IMG/VR virus record: IMGVR_UViG_2791355118_000001
Coordinates: 11,865-75,864 of that record
From: a virus
Taxonomy: Duplodnaviria; Caudoviricetes
Reading direction: 5' to 3' (one strand)
Length of the DNA: 64,000 nucleotides
Part shown: positions 1-8,906 of the stretch, one piece after another
Position numbering within the stretch: the first letter of the stretch is position 1
How the letters are laid out: each line of letters opens with the position of its first letter
Translations under genes and position numbers: made by a program
The notes under the pieces: generated by a model
What the model was told of the DNA's origin: nothing
Database searches by the model: none
Seen by the model: only the letters and a program-made list of their open reading frames with translations

Positions 1-506
1 ACCCTGTAAGGGAACCAGTAAGAGAACCTCCAGGGCGCGCTGACGCGCCGGGCGGAGGGGATTTCGATATGCTGTGGTCCTCATGGCCAGAGAAGATGCG
101 ACCGGACAGCCGGGAAGCGGCTGCGAAGACGTTCGCAAGCCTTGAAGCTGACGGCAAGGCGCTGGCGATTGCGACGGCGGAGACCTATCGAACGACCATG
201 ATCCTTCGGAAGGAAAAGCCCCTAATGATCCCCTTCCTGAAAAAGCAGCTCTTCCTCGAGTTCCATGGCGCGCCACCCATCGACAAGGACGGGGATTTCG
301 TGATCACGCCCGAGCGGCCCGAGTGGGGCGCATGGCTGGGCTCGATCCGCCGCCACTATGGTGAGCCGGGCGTGCAAAGCACGATTAAGTGTCGTCGCAT
401 CCTACGCAAAACACGGTGGCCGAGCGATCTTTCGCTTGCCCAAAGTGTAACCAAAATGGCAACATCTGGAACCGTAACGGATACTGCTTCGGCGGGTCGT
501 GCATGA
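1..506 (+). CDS. Phage replication initiation protein, C-terminal part (5' truncated by window edge)
   Basis: Frame is open from nt 3 (PVREPVREPP...GDFDMLWSSWP), a linker pattern typical of HTH-type phage replication proteins. Confidence 0.55.
   Translation, partial: PVREPVREPPGRADAPGGGDFDMLWSSWPEKMRPDSREAAAKTFASLEADGKALAIATAETYRTTMILRKEKPLMIPFLKKQLFLEFHGAPPIDKDGDFVITPERPEWGAWLGSIRRHYGEPGVQSTIKCRRILRKTRWPSDLSLAQSVTKMATSGTVTDTASAGRA
446..464. promoter_or_regulatory. Operator-like palindrome TGTAACC-N5-GGCAACA
   Basis: Matches the repeated TGTAACC-N5-GGTTACA motif; lies ~40 nt upstream of the ATG at 503. Confidence 0.5.
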
Positions 507-1207
507 TGAAAATGAAGCGCCTTTTCCTCGATACGCCCGCCGAGCTGGAGAAGCGGATTGACCGCTTCATCGAGCACATGCGGCATGCCGAGGACATCTT
601 CTTCACCAAGAACAAGCGTGGCCTGCCCACACCGCGCGACCTGCTCTGGATACTGTTTGCCGACGCCGTCGACACGGCCCGAAACATGCCCGACGTCGAA
701 CGCCGCATGGTCTCCAAGGTCGGATCGGCCATGCCGTCGTCGCGAGAGACCGAGCATCAAGCCTATGTGCGCGAGCTGTCGCGCATGGCCGACGGAATGC
801 CACAGTACGACACCACGGAAGTTCGCATCGTGGTTCACCAGTCGGCCGCCGACCGTATGGTCGACATCATGGACCTTCTCCGCTTCGTGCGGGCAGGGCG
901 GCAAGGGCAGGATGCGCAGCGCTACAAGCGCACGTTCTTGGCGCATGCCGGCGGCCACGGTGTCAAGTTCTGCACGCGCGTCTGGGACCGGCACCGCGTC
1001 GAGGTCATGTCGCGGCAGGCGCTGCACGACGTCAAGAGCCGGGTCCTGGGCCAAATCCTAGTCGGCATCGAAAAGGAGTTCGGCCTGGTTCGCACCAGCC
1101 GCAGTTTCCGGCGCAAGACCGTTCGGGAGATCGACCAGCTTCGAAGGGAACGCAAGCGCGAGGAAAAACGTCGCCGGCGCGAGGAGCAGGAAAACAATGC
1201 CGGTTGA
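503..1207 (+). CDS. Hypothetical protein, DUF6362-like, possible late-transcription regulator
   Basis: ATGA overlap with the upstream gene; segments DAVDTARNMP...AADRMVDIMDLL and a C-terminal HTH-like region; position follows replication gene. Confidence 0.45.
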   Translation: MMKMKRLFLDTPAELEKRIDRFIEHMRHAEDIFFTKNKRGLPTPRDLLWILFADAVDTARNMPDVERRMVSKVGSAMPSSRETEHQAYVRELSRMADGMPQYDTTEVRIVVHQSAADRMVDIMDLLRFVRAGRQGQDAQRYKRTFLAHAGGHGVKFCTRVWDRHRVEVMSRQALHDVKSRVLGQILVGIEKEFGLVRTSRSFRRKTVREIDQLRRERKREEKRRRREEQENNAG

Positions 1208-1622
1208 CATCGCGATGCCGCGGAACCTGGTCGATCGGCGCAAGAACGCCGGCCATGCCGCGATCTGCGCCGTCGGCTTTGAGGCTGACCCGGGCGTCTT
1301 CCGGCTTGCGACGGCCGAAAACATCGAGGCGCATCTCCCGCAGCTCCAGCCCGGCCGGTGGGAGAGGCTTCATTTCGCGCACGTCGTCTGGACGCCGGGG
1401 CTCGCCGTGGCGCGCACCATCGTGCTGGGTGCCGAGCGGACTCTCGCCAACTGCCATCTTGGCCAGCACTGGTACCGGGCAAGTCTCGACGTGCTTCACG
1501 GCCTGATCCTGGCCGAGGCCGCATCCCTTAGGTCTCCCGTTTGGTCGCAATCCGAGATGATGCACATGCTCGTAGGTCAAGCCATTCGCGCTGCCGACCG
1601 CTTTGCGGCGGGGATCATCTGA
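1197..1622 (+). CDS. Phage hypothetical protein
   Basis: 141-aa ORF, SD-like AGGA upstream, coupled to neighbours. Confidence 0.65.
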   Translation: MPVDIAMPRNLVDRRKNAGHAAICAVGFEADPGVFRLATAENIEAHLPQLQPGRWERLHFAHVVWTPGLAVARTIVLGAERTLANCHLGQHWYRASLDVLHGLILAEAASLRSPVWSQSEMMHMLVGQAIRAADRFAAGII

Positions 1623-1930
1623 TGTTCCCGACAGCCGACCAGATCGCCCTTGCCATCGTTATGGCCTGCCGGCCGCACCGAGAGGACCCGTTTGCTCTGT
1701 GCGCCGGCGAACTCGGCATGCGCTCGCGGCATATCGCCATGGAAGCGTTGATGATCGGCTTTCCTGATGCACGTCGAGTCGGGCTCGGCAAATGTTTGGC
1801 CTACCGCGCTCCGCGCTCGGCGCAGGGCCAGGTGATCGGCGCCAAGAAAGGCAAGTGGTGGAGCGACGACTACGTCGACGAGATCGTCGGCGTCATCGTC
1901 GCCGAGCAATACGGCGAGCAAGCGCAATGA
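1622..1930 (+). CDS. Phage hypothetical protein
   Basis: TGATG overlap; MFPTADQIALAIV..., in the frame of track ORF 1541..1930. Confidence 0.7.
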   Translation: MFPTADQIALAIVMACRPHREDPFALCAGELGMRSRHIAMEALMIGFPDARRVGLGKCLAYRAPRSAQGQVIGAKKGKWWSDDYVDEIVGVIVAEQYGEQAQ

Positions 1931-2020
1931 TCGCCCGCCTCTCCCGTTTCATCCGCCGTCTTCGCGGCCGCGCAATTCCGCGCGTGTCGTGTCGCGGCAT
2001 CTACCTGAGGATCAACTGAA

Positions 2021-2356
2021 ATGGACATGCCAGCAGTGCAAACGCCCCTAGTGACTGAGGAGGATATTTCGAGCGCCCTGGAGGAACAGCTGGAGCAGGA
2101 CGCTCCGCCGTCGGTCCGCTCGATGATCGCCAACACAGGCAAAACGCTCAAGCGCTTCGTCGATCAGATGCGGCGCAAGGAAACCGAGCTGGAGGGGGTG
2201 AAGGCGGCCGCCACGGCAGAGTTTGAGCGCGTCGTCGCTCTCGCGAAGATGGTACGCGATAACTGCCACGCTGAAACCGACGCGGATCTCCACCAGATCA
2301 GGACGACACTCGAGGTGCTCGATCCGGCCCGGGCCAAGCTGTCCGAAATGGCGTAA
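2021..2356 (+). CDS. Phage hypothetical protein (coiled-coil-like)
   Basis: 111-aa ORF with upstream GAGG and strong GC3 bias. Confidence 0.7.
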   Translation: MDMPAVQTPLVTEEDISSALEEQLEQDAPPSVRSMIANTGKTLKRFVDQMRRKETELEGVKAAATAEFERVVALAKMVRDNCHAETDADLHQIRTTLEVLDPARAKLSEMA

Positions 2357-2359
2357 CCC

Positions 2360-3499
2360 ATGGAGGCGGTTGTCCCCTTGGACGATTCCGGACTCGCTCA
2401 TGTCATCGAGCGAGCTCGGATGCTGTTCGACGACGGCGACGTCGCATCGGCGCGCATGCTGGCCGCTGGCGCCTATGACCAGGCGAAGGCGGCAGGGAGC
2501 TACGCCACCCGCTTCCATGCCGGCGAGCATCTGATCCGAAAGGCGCGCCGGCTCCAGGGTGACGCGCTGCTGATCGAAACGCGCGCGAAGATCACGATTG
2601 CCACCGAATGGACTGCCGCCCAGGAAAGAGGGGAAGCTTCGAAGGGCGGCAGACCGAAAACCGTTCCAGAGGGGAACGGTTTCACCGCAGCTGAAGCCGG
2701 GCTCACCCGCAAGGAAATCCACGACGCGCGCAAGCTGGCCGATGCCGAGCGGCGGGATCCTGGGATCGTGGAGCGCGCGATCGCCGGCCGCGTGGCCGCC
2801 GGGCTCGAGCCGAGCCGGGCCAACTTGCGCGTGGCGATCGGCACGGACACCGCCACGGCCGCCGAGCGCGGCAACAATCTCTACGAGACATGCCCGGAGG
2901 CGATGCATGCGCTGCTCGCGCTCGAGTCGTTCTCGCCTACGGTGAAGGCCTGCGGCCGCGGCGCCATCGTGAAGATGCTCGAGGCGGCCGGCTACGAGGT
3001 CGAGATTTCCGACCTGGTGGACTATGGAACCGTGACCGCGTTGGGCGTTTTGCAGCGCGTCGAGGATTTCCTGACGAGCACGCCCGAAGTTCTCGCGAGC
3101 GAGCTGGGCGGCGGTGGCTGGTATACTTTCGGACCCGACATCGCGACAAATCCGCCCTATGGCCCTGCGCTCAACGCCTTCGTCGCGCATGCGCTGCGCG
3201 ATCGTCCGCGCAAGATGGCGCTGCTGCTCAACCTGAATTTCTTCTGCGGCTTCGATGATGCCGACCGCAATTACGCAATGGACGAATGCAAGCCGGCCCG
3301 GGTCTACGCTTTCACGCGGCGCCTTCCGATGATGCATCGCGACGGCTGGGACGGCAACGAGTCCAGCAGCCGCATGAACCTGGCATGGTTCGTCTGGGAG
3401 ATGGACCAGAATGGCAGTTACGCCGGGCCGACCATCACAATCCGCGTCGACTGGAAAGACTATCTGCTCGCATCCAATCGTCAGGAGAGCATGCTTTGA
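2360..3499 (+). CDS. SAM-dependent DNA amino-methyltransferase with N-terminal DNA-binding-like region; motif I looks damaged
   Basis: NPPY catalytic motif. Motif I reads VKACGRGAI, lacking the usual EP of EPACGxG. C-terminal 'AWFVWE'. Confidence 0.75.
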   Translation: MEAVVPLDDSGLAHVIERARMLFDDGDVASARMLAAGAYDQAKAAGSYATRFHAGEHLIRKARRLQGDALLIETRAKITIATEWTAAQERGEASKGGRPKTVPEGNGFTAAEAGLTRKEIHDARKLADAERRDPGIVERAIAGRVAAGLEPSRANLRVAIGTDTATAAERGNNLYETCPEAMHALLALESFSPTVKACGRGAIVKMLEAAGYEVEISDLVDYGTVTALGVLQRVEDFLTSTPEVLASELGGGGWYTFGPDIATNPPYGPALNAFVAHALRDRPRKMALLLNLNFFCGFDDADRNYAMDECKPARVYAFTRRLPMMHRDGWDGNESSSRMNLAWFVWEMDQNGSYAGPTITIRVDWKDYLLASNRQESML

Positions 3500-3777
3500 A
3501 CCATTTCGCGGGCTTCACCGTTCCGGTCGCTGGCGGGCACCACGCGATGCTGCGCTTTGCCGAGGATGGCAAGGCCGAGCCGGTACTCGGCGACAAGGGC
3601 CATCCGAAGGTGTTTGAGACCGAACTGGAGGCGCAGAAGGCGGTCACGGATCACCTGTTGCGCTACTTCAATGGGCATTTAAGGCGGGACGGCGAAACCA
3701 TCTCCACGGCCCGCGACGCGGCCGAGCGCATCTTCCGCAAGGGCCGAATGATACCGGTGGAAAGGCGTGTGCCATGA
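3496..3777 (+). CDS. Phage hypothetical protein
   Basis: TTGA overlap with upstream stop, SD AGGAG; LNHFAGFTVPVAGGHHAMLRF... Confidence 0.6.
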   Translation: MNHFAGFTVPVAGGHHAMLRFAEDGKAEPVLGDKGHPKVFETELEAQKAVTDHLLRYFNGHLRRDGETISTARDAAERIFRKGRMIPVERRVP

Positions 3778-4037
3778 CCATCACGCCGACACTGAAAGGC
3801 TTCCGCGAAGGTTGGGCGCGCAAAGCCTTCGAAGGGAGCAAAGCCCACTTCTTCCGGCGCGAGGGCGCAGGGCTCGCGACCTCACTCTGCGGGAGCCAGG
3901 ATGCGCCGGCGGGATTCCTGTTCGATGCAGGATGCAACGAGCGCTGCGCCCGGTGCGCAAAATTGAGGGAAAGCGAGATCGCGAATGAGGCGGCAGCGGC
4001 CACAGAGGACGGTCAGGACGCGTGCGGCAAGGTGTAG
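3774..4037 (+). CDS. Small Cys-containing phage protein (CxxC)
   Basis: ATGA overlap; SLCG...RCARC. Confidence 0.6.
   Translation: MTITPTLKGFREGWARKAFEGSKAHFFRREGAGLATSLCGSQDAPAGFLFDAGCNERCARCAKLRESEIANEAAAATEDGQDACGKV
3930..4028 (+). repeat. Imperfect direct repeat, copy 1 (~100 bp)
   Basis: ggatgcaacgagcgctgc...gcgaatgaggcggcagcggccacag...caggacgcgtgcggc; second copy at 5532-5628. Confidence 0.85.
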
Positions 4038-4083
4038 AATTGCCGGGGGCGACTTCCCCCGACGGTGATCTGAGGATCACAGG

Positions 4084-5391
4084 TTATTTGAGCAATCTTT
4101 GCAGGTTTTCTTTAGCTTTTGCGACGCCAAGTGCGGCCGACCTTCTGTACAGTTCGAGTGCTTTCGAACGGTCCGCTTCTACCCCCAAACCTTTCTCGTA
4201 GAGATTACCCAAGTCGTTAAGCGCGACTGCATTGCCCAAGTCGGCGCTTTTCTTCAGCCAGGCAAAGGCCTCCGGGAAATTGACAGCAGTGCCACGACCC
4301 GTCGCATACATGAGTCCCAAATTGTGCTGGGCTCCAGCATGATTTTGCTCGGCCGCCTTTCTAAACCAAAAAAAGGCCTCGGTGTCGCTCTGTGGGACGC
4401 CCTTTCCGTTCAGGTAGCTGACCCCGAGATTCTGTTGCCCTTGGGCCTCTCCCTTTTCCGCCGCGACTTCAAACAACCTAACGGCACGCTGATAATCCTG
4501 GACGACGCCGCGACCGGAGGCGTAGAGGGCGCCAAGATTGGTATTGGCCGCAGGTAGTCCTTGCGCTGCCGCCTTTGCGAACCAAATGGCGGCCTGTGCG
4601 GCATCGGGTGCGACGCCTTTACCGCTGTCATAAAGTCCGCCTAGATTGTTTTCCCCGATGGGGTTGCCTACCGCGGCGGCAGCCCGATACCAGCGCATGG
4701 CAGCGACGAAGTCCTGTGGGACACCCCGGGCATACTCATACAAATAGCCAATTGCCGCCAGCGCCGTGGGATCGTTCTGGGCTGCCGCTTTCTGATACAA
4801 CATCATCGCTTGCGCATAATCTCTCTCAATGCCTTCGCCGCTCTCATAGACTGCGCCGAGCTGAAATTGGGCAGGGGCAAACCCTTGGCCCGCCGCCTGG
4901 CGGAGGAGTTCGACGGCCCGGACCGGATCCTTTGGTCCTACTTGGCCATTCCGATACATTGTGGCCAGGCTCAATTCCGATTGAGCAAATCCCTTGGCCG
5001 CCGACTTGGTATACCATGCAAAGGCGAGAGCGCTGTTTTGAGCCACGCCGATGCCGCCCTTATCATAGAGGTAGCCCAGATTGTGTTCCGCTTGCGCGTC
5101 GCCCTTGTCGGCGGCCTGCTCAAGGTATTCCCTTCCGCGCTCCGCGTCCTGCTTCACGCCGCACCCCATCAGGTACAAAAACCCGAGATTGTTGAGCGCC
5201 GACGGCTTGCCTAAGGTAGCGTCATTTTCCCATTCCTGTCGCTTCGCGGCGAGATCACCGACTGCTGCACACGTCTCTTGCTCTGTTATAATGAAATCGC
5301 CTGCAAGCGCGTGGGAAAAGGAAGTTGCAATTGATATTCCGGCGCAGGTTGCAGCCAGTATTATTACTTTGTGCCTTTCCGGATTAGTCAT
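4084..5391 (-). CDS. Secreted Sel1-like repeat (SLR) protein, ~10 repeats (moron)
   Basis: Hydrophobic N-terminus ending in ALA; repeated A-x-x-NLG-x-x-Y-x-x-G-x-GV motifs. Confidence 0.92.
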   Translation of the reverse strand: MTNPERHKVIILAATCAGISIATSFSHALAGDFIITEQETCAAVGDLAAKRQEWENDATLGKPSALNNLGFLYLMGCGVKQDAERGREYLEQAADKGDAQAEHNLGYLYDKGGIGVAQNSALAFAWYTKSAAKGFAQSELSLATMYRNGQVGPKDPVRAVELLRQAAGQGFAPAQFQLGAVYESGEGIERDYAQAMMLYQKAAAQNDPTALAAIGYLYEYARGVPQDFVAAMRWYRAAAAVGNPIGENNLGGLYDSGKGVAPDAAQAAIWFAKAAAQGLPAANTNLGALYASGRGVVQDYQRAVRLFEVAAEKGEAQGQQNLGVSYLNGKGVPQSDTEAFFWFRKAAEQNHAGAQHNLGLMYATGRGTAVNFPEAFAWLKKSADLGNAVALNDLGNLYEKGLGVEADRSKALELYRRSAALGVAKAKENLQRLLK

Positions 5392-5531
5392 TTCAGGCCG
5401 TCCATATTGGCTGATCGCCTCTCTGCGGAATGTCAAGGCCAGTTCAAAAACGATGCTCGGTGAATGAGCGCAAGACACAAGTATTTGACCGGTCGCCATC
5501 GCTCAGCGCGCAGGTCGGTTCCCGCCGTTAC

Positions 5532-5628
5532 GGATGCAACGAGCGCTGCACTCGGTGCGCAAATCAGGGATGCCAAGATCGCGAATAAGGCGCCAGCGGC
5601 CACAGGGCTAGCCAGGACGCGCGCGGCG
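5532..5628 (+). repeat. Imperfect direct repeat, copy 2
   Basis: Aligns by eye with 3930-4028. Confidence 0.85.
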
Positions 5629-5744
5629 GGGTTGGGGAGTAGGGTCGCTTCCACGGGCCGCTACGCAAAAAACGGCCGCCGCGAGGACCAGTCGCGACGG
5701 CCTCCCTACCAAGTCGGCCGAGGGGGAAGCGGCCGACCCGGATT

Positions 5745-7136
5745 CTACATCAGCATGGTGCGGGCATGTGCCTGGCGCAGCTGCGACTCCATCGAACGGA
5801 TGGAGCGCGACGCCGCCGCCAGCGTGTCCGCCCATTTGTCGGCCTTGGTGGGATCGACCGACTTCAAGACGATGCACTCGCCGTCCTTGAAGCCGCCGGC
5901 GATCGCGGCGATGATCCGCTCGACCGTCTTCTCCATCCTGCTCATGGCGGCGATATCGTCCTTCGACGGCTCCGGCCTGTCGTCGTCGAACATGCAGCCC
6001 TGCTCGATCCTGTCGCGGACGGCTTGCGCCGCCGCCTTGATGCTCGACCAGTCTTTCAGCTTGCCGCTGGAGAACAGCTTCACGATGTTGACCTGATCGG
6101 CCGTGGGGAGGTCGACGAGGTCGTTTGCATGGCCGAGCGGGAAGGCACCGCTATCGACCAGCTTCTGGATCGTCTCGTCCAGATTAAGCAGCGCCGTGCG
6201 GGCCTTGATGCGCGTCGGCTGGACGCCGATGTCCTTCGCCAGCTGCTCGACCGTCCAGCCGCGGTCGATCATCGCGTGAAACGCCCGCGCTTCCTCCAGC
6301 GGCTTGATGTCGGCGCGGGCGAGGTTTTCCACGATCGCCTGCAGCGCCATCTCGTTGTCGTCGATCTTGACGACCTCGCACAGAATGTCGGCCGCCTCGA
6401 TCAGCTGGTGAGCGCGCCAGCGGCGCTCCCCACCGACGATCTCATAGACCGCCCGGCGGCTTGGCGAGGCCGAGGGCTCGACGTTGTCGGACGCTTGTAG
6501 CGCTTCGTCTGAGCTGTTCGCCGATCCAGTCGTCGTGCCGCCACCATTGATCTCCGAGAAATTTGATTTCCTCCGGCGACCACCGGCACCGATGCCCGTT
6601 GTTGAGGAAGTCGTTGACTCTAACTCCGACTTGCTCTGCCGCGCTTCGTTTGACGTGGAAGTAGGGAAGGCAACAATCGATGACGTGCTTGACCTCTCTC
6701 GCCGCCGCGACGGTCCAGAACTATTGCTCCCAGGTTTTCCCGTGAAAGACTCGGTGTGATGGAGCGACGGTGCCGACGCACCATGCGTCTCGCAACCATC
6801 GGCAGATCGTTGCGCCGTCGTTTGTGACTGACTGGCTGACGACGACGCGGAACCGGTTGCCTTTGACGCTGATCGTTCCCTCTCCGTCGATGAAGCCGAC
6901 CGTGTAGGCGACGACTTCGATTGGAGGTCGAGCAAAGTGTTCCATTCTGCGATGTTCTCCGATGTGATTTCTTCGATTCGACCGTCGGTCAGGAAAACCG
7001 GGCGAACCGTGATGGCCTGGATAAGGCCGCGCTCGCGGATCGATTCAGCCAGCTCGCGAAGCTTCACCGGGTCGAAATGCTTGCGCGGCTGGTCGAGGTT
7101 CGGGATAACAAGGTTGAGGGGGATGCGCTTCTTCAT
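5745..7136 (-). CDS. ParB/Spo0J-family protein with a ~180-aa Ser/Thr-rich in-frame insertion
   Basis: QPRKHFD...LAESIRERGLIQAITVRP, then insert, then YEIVGGERRWRA and ENLARADIKPLEEA plus HTH; ATG at 7136 preceded by CCCTACCACGGAG. Confidence 0.88.
   Translation of the reverse strand: MKKRIPLNLVIPNLDQPRKHFDPVKLRELAESIRERGLIQAITVRPVFLTDGRIEEITSENIAEWNTLLDLQSKSSPTRSASSTERERSASKATGSASSSASQSQTTAQRSADGCETHGASAPSLHHTESFTGKPGSNSSGPSRRRERSSTSSIVAFPTSTSNEARQSKSELESTTSSTTGIGAGGRRRKSNFSEINGGGTTTGSANSSDEALQASDNVEPSASPSRRAVYEIVGGERRWRAHQLIEAADILCEVVKIDDNEMALQAIVENLARADIKPLEEARAFHAMIDRGWTVEQLAKDIGVQPTRIKARTALLNLDETIQKLVDSGAFPLGHANDLVDLPTADQVNIVKLFSSGKLKDWSSIKAAAQAVRDRIEQGCMFDDDRPEPSKDDIAAMSRMEKTVERIIAAIAGGFKDGECIVLKSVDPTKADKWADTLAAASRSIRSMESQLRQAHARTMLM
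6442..6945 (-). pseudogene. LAGLIDADG homing endonuclease with C-terminal HTH-like domain, nested in -1 frame of parB; one internal TAG (6721-6723)
   Basis: AYTVGFIDGEGTI motif. Reading through the TAG gives FWTVAAAREVKHVIDCCLPYFHVKR...WSPEEIKFL...IGEQLRRSATSVRQRRALGL. SD GGAG upstream of ATG 6945. Confidence 0.85.
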
Positions 7137-7143
7137 GGTCGGG

Positions 7144-7205
7144 CTCCGTGGTAGGGAATTTCCTAGCAACATCAATAACTTAGTATGTAACCGATATGGA
7201 TACAA
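7144..7205 (-). promoter_or_regulatory. Cassette head: TTGTAT-17-TAAGTT promoter, operator (7186-7204), RBS motif CCCTACCACGGAG (7144-7156)
   Basis: Same architecture recurs at 10.3, 11.9 and 14.0 kb. Confidence 0.75.
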
Positions 7206-7356
7206 GTGGTTACTAAGAAAAGTTCCGATCAGCGGGCCCCCCGCTTGCGCGCGCGACCGCCAGCAACGAAGCCGTGCAAAATGGTAATCCTGCCTCGGCG
7301 TCTGATGATCAGGGAAGCGGAAGCATGGCTGGTATCAAAGTTTCCAACAACAGCGG

Positions 7357-8250
7357 TCAAGGGAGCGGCAGCGGTGCATCACTCAAGGTCCGCAGGTAGG
7401 CAATGAGGTCCGCCCGCTTGTTTCCCTCCTTCAAACCCGGGAAAGACATGTCCGTACCGGGCAACGTGAGCGAGGGATTCGAGATGAAGAGATTGAGCTC
7501 CTCAAAGGTCCATTTGCCGCCAGCGTCTTTCAGAGCCGCCGAATACTGGACATCGCTTTGGGATCCTTTCTCGCGCCCGACGATGCCCCACAGATTGACC
7601 TTTTTGGGCACCTTGACGCCCGGCGAAAGATGACAGGCGACGCAGGTGCTGTCGTATATCTCTTTGCCCGATTGAGCGTTTGCTGATGCAAGGAGTGCGG
7701 AAATCGGCGCGATGGCCGGTCTTGCGGCGCCATGATCGCGCAAGTACGCCGCGACGTCCTCGTGGCCTCCGACCTTGGCCAGATGTATCGGCGGACTTCC
7801 ATTCGACGTCAGGGCGTTGACGTCTGCTCCGGCGCCGACAAGGTGGATAACGCACTCAAGGCAGCCATTTTCGGCAGCAACATGCAGCGGCGTCTGCGCT
7901 TTCGCCACCCGATTTGGATCGGCCCCGTTGTCTAGCAGCAGCTTGACGATGGCAGCATGCCCACCCTTATTGGCGGCGTAGAGTGGCGTTCTTTGCCAAC
8001 TGACAGGCAGGTTGACGTCTGCCCCACGCTTGATCAGCAGCGCTGCCAACTCGACATTTCCACGTTCGGAGGCGATGTAGAGCGCCGTAACACCGTCGAT
8101 TTCGTTGACATCTGCGCCTTTGTCCAAGGCGGAGGTCACGGCCGCGACGTCGCCATCCTTGACCAAATCCCCCAAGCTGCTCGCTTGCGCGGGCAGGGCC
8201 AGGAGGGCGCACGAAACCCACAGCGTCCACATGCGTCCCGGCTTGATCAT
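7357..8250 (-). CDS. Secreted ankyrin-repeat / cytochrome c fusion protein (moron)
   Basis: Signal peptide (AQA); ~4 ankyrin repeats (TALYIAS, TPLYAAN, TPLHVAA, PPIHLAK); CVACH heme motif and PGTDMSF axial-Met region of c2-type cytochromes. Confidence 0.9.
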   Translation of the reverse strand: MIKPGRMWTLWVSCALLALPAQASSLGDLVKDGDVAAVTSALDKGADVNEIDGVTALYIASERGNVELAALLIKRGADVNLPVSWQRTPLYAANKGGHAAIVKLLLDNGADPNRVAKAQTPLHVAAENGCLECVIHLVGAGADVNALTSNGSPPIHLAKVGGHEDVAAYLRDHGAARPAIAPISALLASANAQSGKEIYDSTCVACHLSPGVKVPKKVNLWGIVGREKGSQSDVQYSAALKDAGGKWTFEELNLFISNPSLTLPGTDMSFPGLKEGNKRADLIAYLRTLSDAPLPLP

Positions 8251-8384
8251 TGCACCCCTCTAGGCTGCTCGTATCTCACCCTGCAATTTAACCGAACGCA
8301 GAGAGTTAGTACACGCTAATATATGAAGAGGGGACGACGATCGGCTGGACGGTGGTGGTGTGTCGATGTTCATGCCGGCCACCC

Positions 8385-8906
8385 TCAGTCTATATTGCAG
8401 TGAACGAGCGCGGCCGCGTAGTCGACGCCGGTCTCTTCGGCATAGATTGCGGCCTGATCGCCGGGACGATTGGTGGCGGCCGCCGTCGGCTCGGCCTTGG
8501 CAATGGCTTCGGTCACCATCGCATTGCTTTTCAGGCTTGGGTCTCGGATGACGCAGAGTTTGAGCGCCGCAAGGATGTCCGGCCGCGCCTGTTCGCGCGG
8601 GATCGCGGCGCGCAAGCTGGCCAGGATGTCACCGACGCCCTTCTGCAGCGGATCACTCTCGAAGCCGGAAATGAACGACTCGGCCTGAGTCAGAGCGTCG
8701 ACGGTGTTGCTGGCGTGGTCGAAGGCCAGCCTTTCGACGAGCTCGTCGCGAAGCGTGGCGGCGGACTCGAGCGTGAGGGTTTCACACGCCCGCGACCCTC
8801 CCTTCGGGCCGTAGAACGAAAGCACGACTTCGCCCTTGCCTCGCGCGGCGCTGTTCAGCGATTCCATCGTGCCCTTGGCGGCGATGCTGATGTAAATCGC
8901 GTCCAT
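8385..8906 (-). CDS. Phage hypothetical protein
   Basis: TGATG overlap with upstream gene; MDAIYISIAAKG... Confidence 0.65.
   Translation of the reverse strand: MDAIYISIAAKGTMESLNSAARGKGEVVLSFYGPKGGSRACETLTLESAATLRDELVERLAFDHASNTVDALTQAESFISGFESDPLQKGVGDILASLRAAIPREQARPDILAALKLCVIRDPSLKSNAMVTEAIAKAEPTAAATNRPGDQAAIYAEETGVDYAAALVHCNID

Noticed and set aside
6447-6998. Intein or group I intron explanation for the parB insert
   Set aside because: No Cys/Ser start with His-Asn end in the ParB frame, the endonuclease is in a different frame, and it fills almost the whole insert, leaving no space for a ribozyme core.
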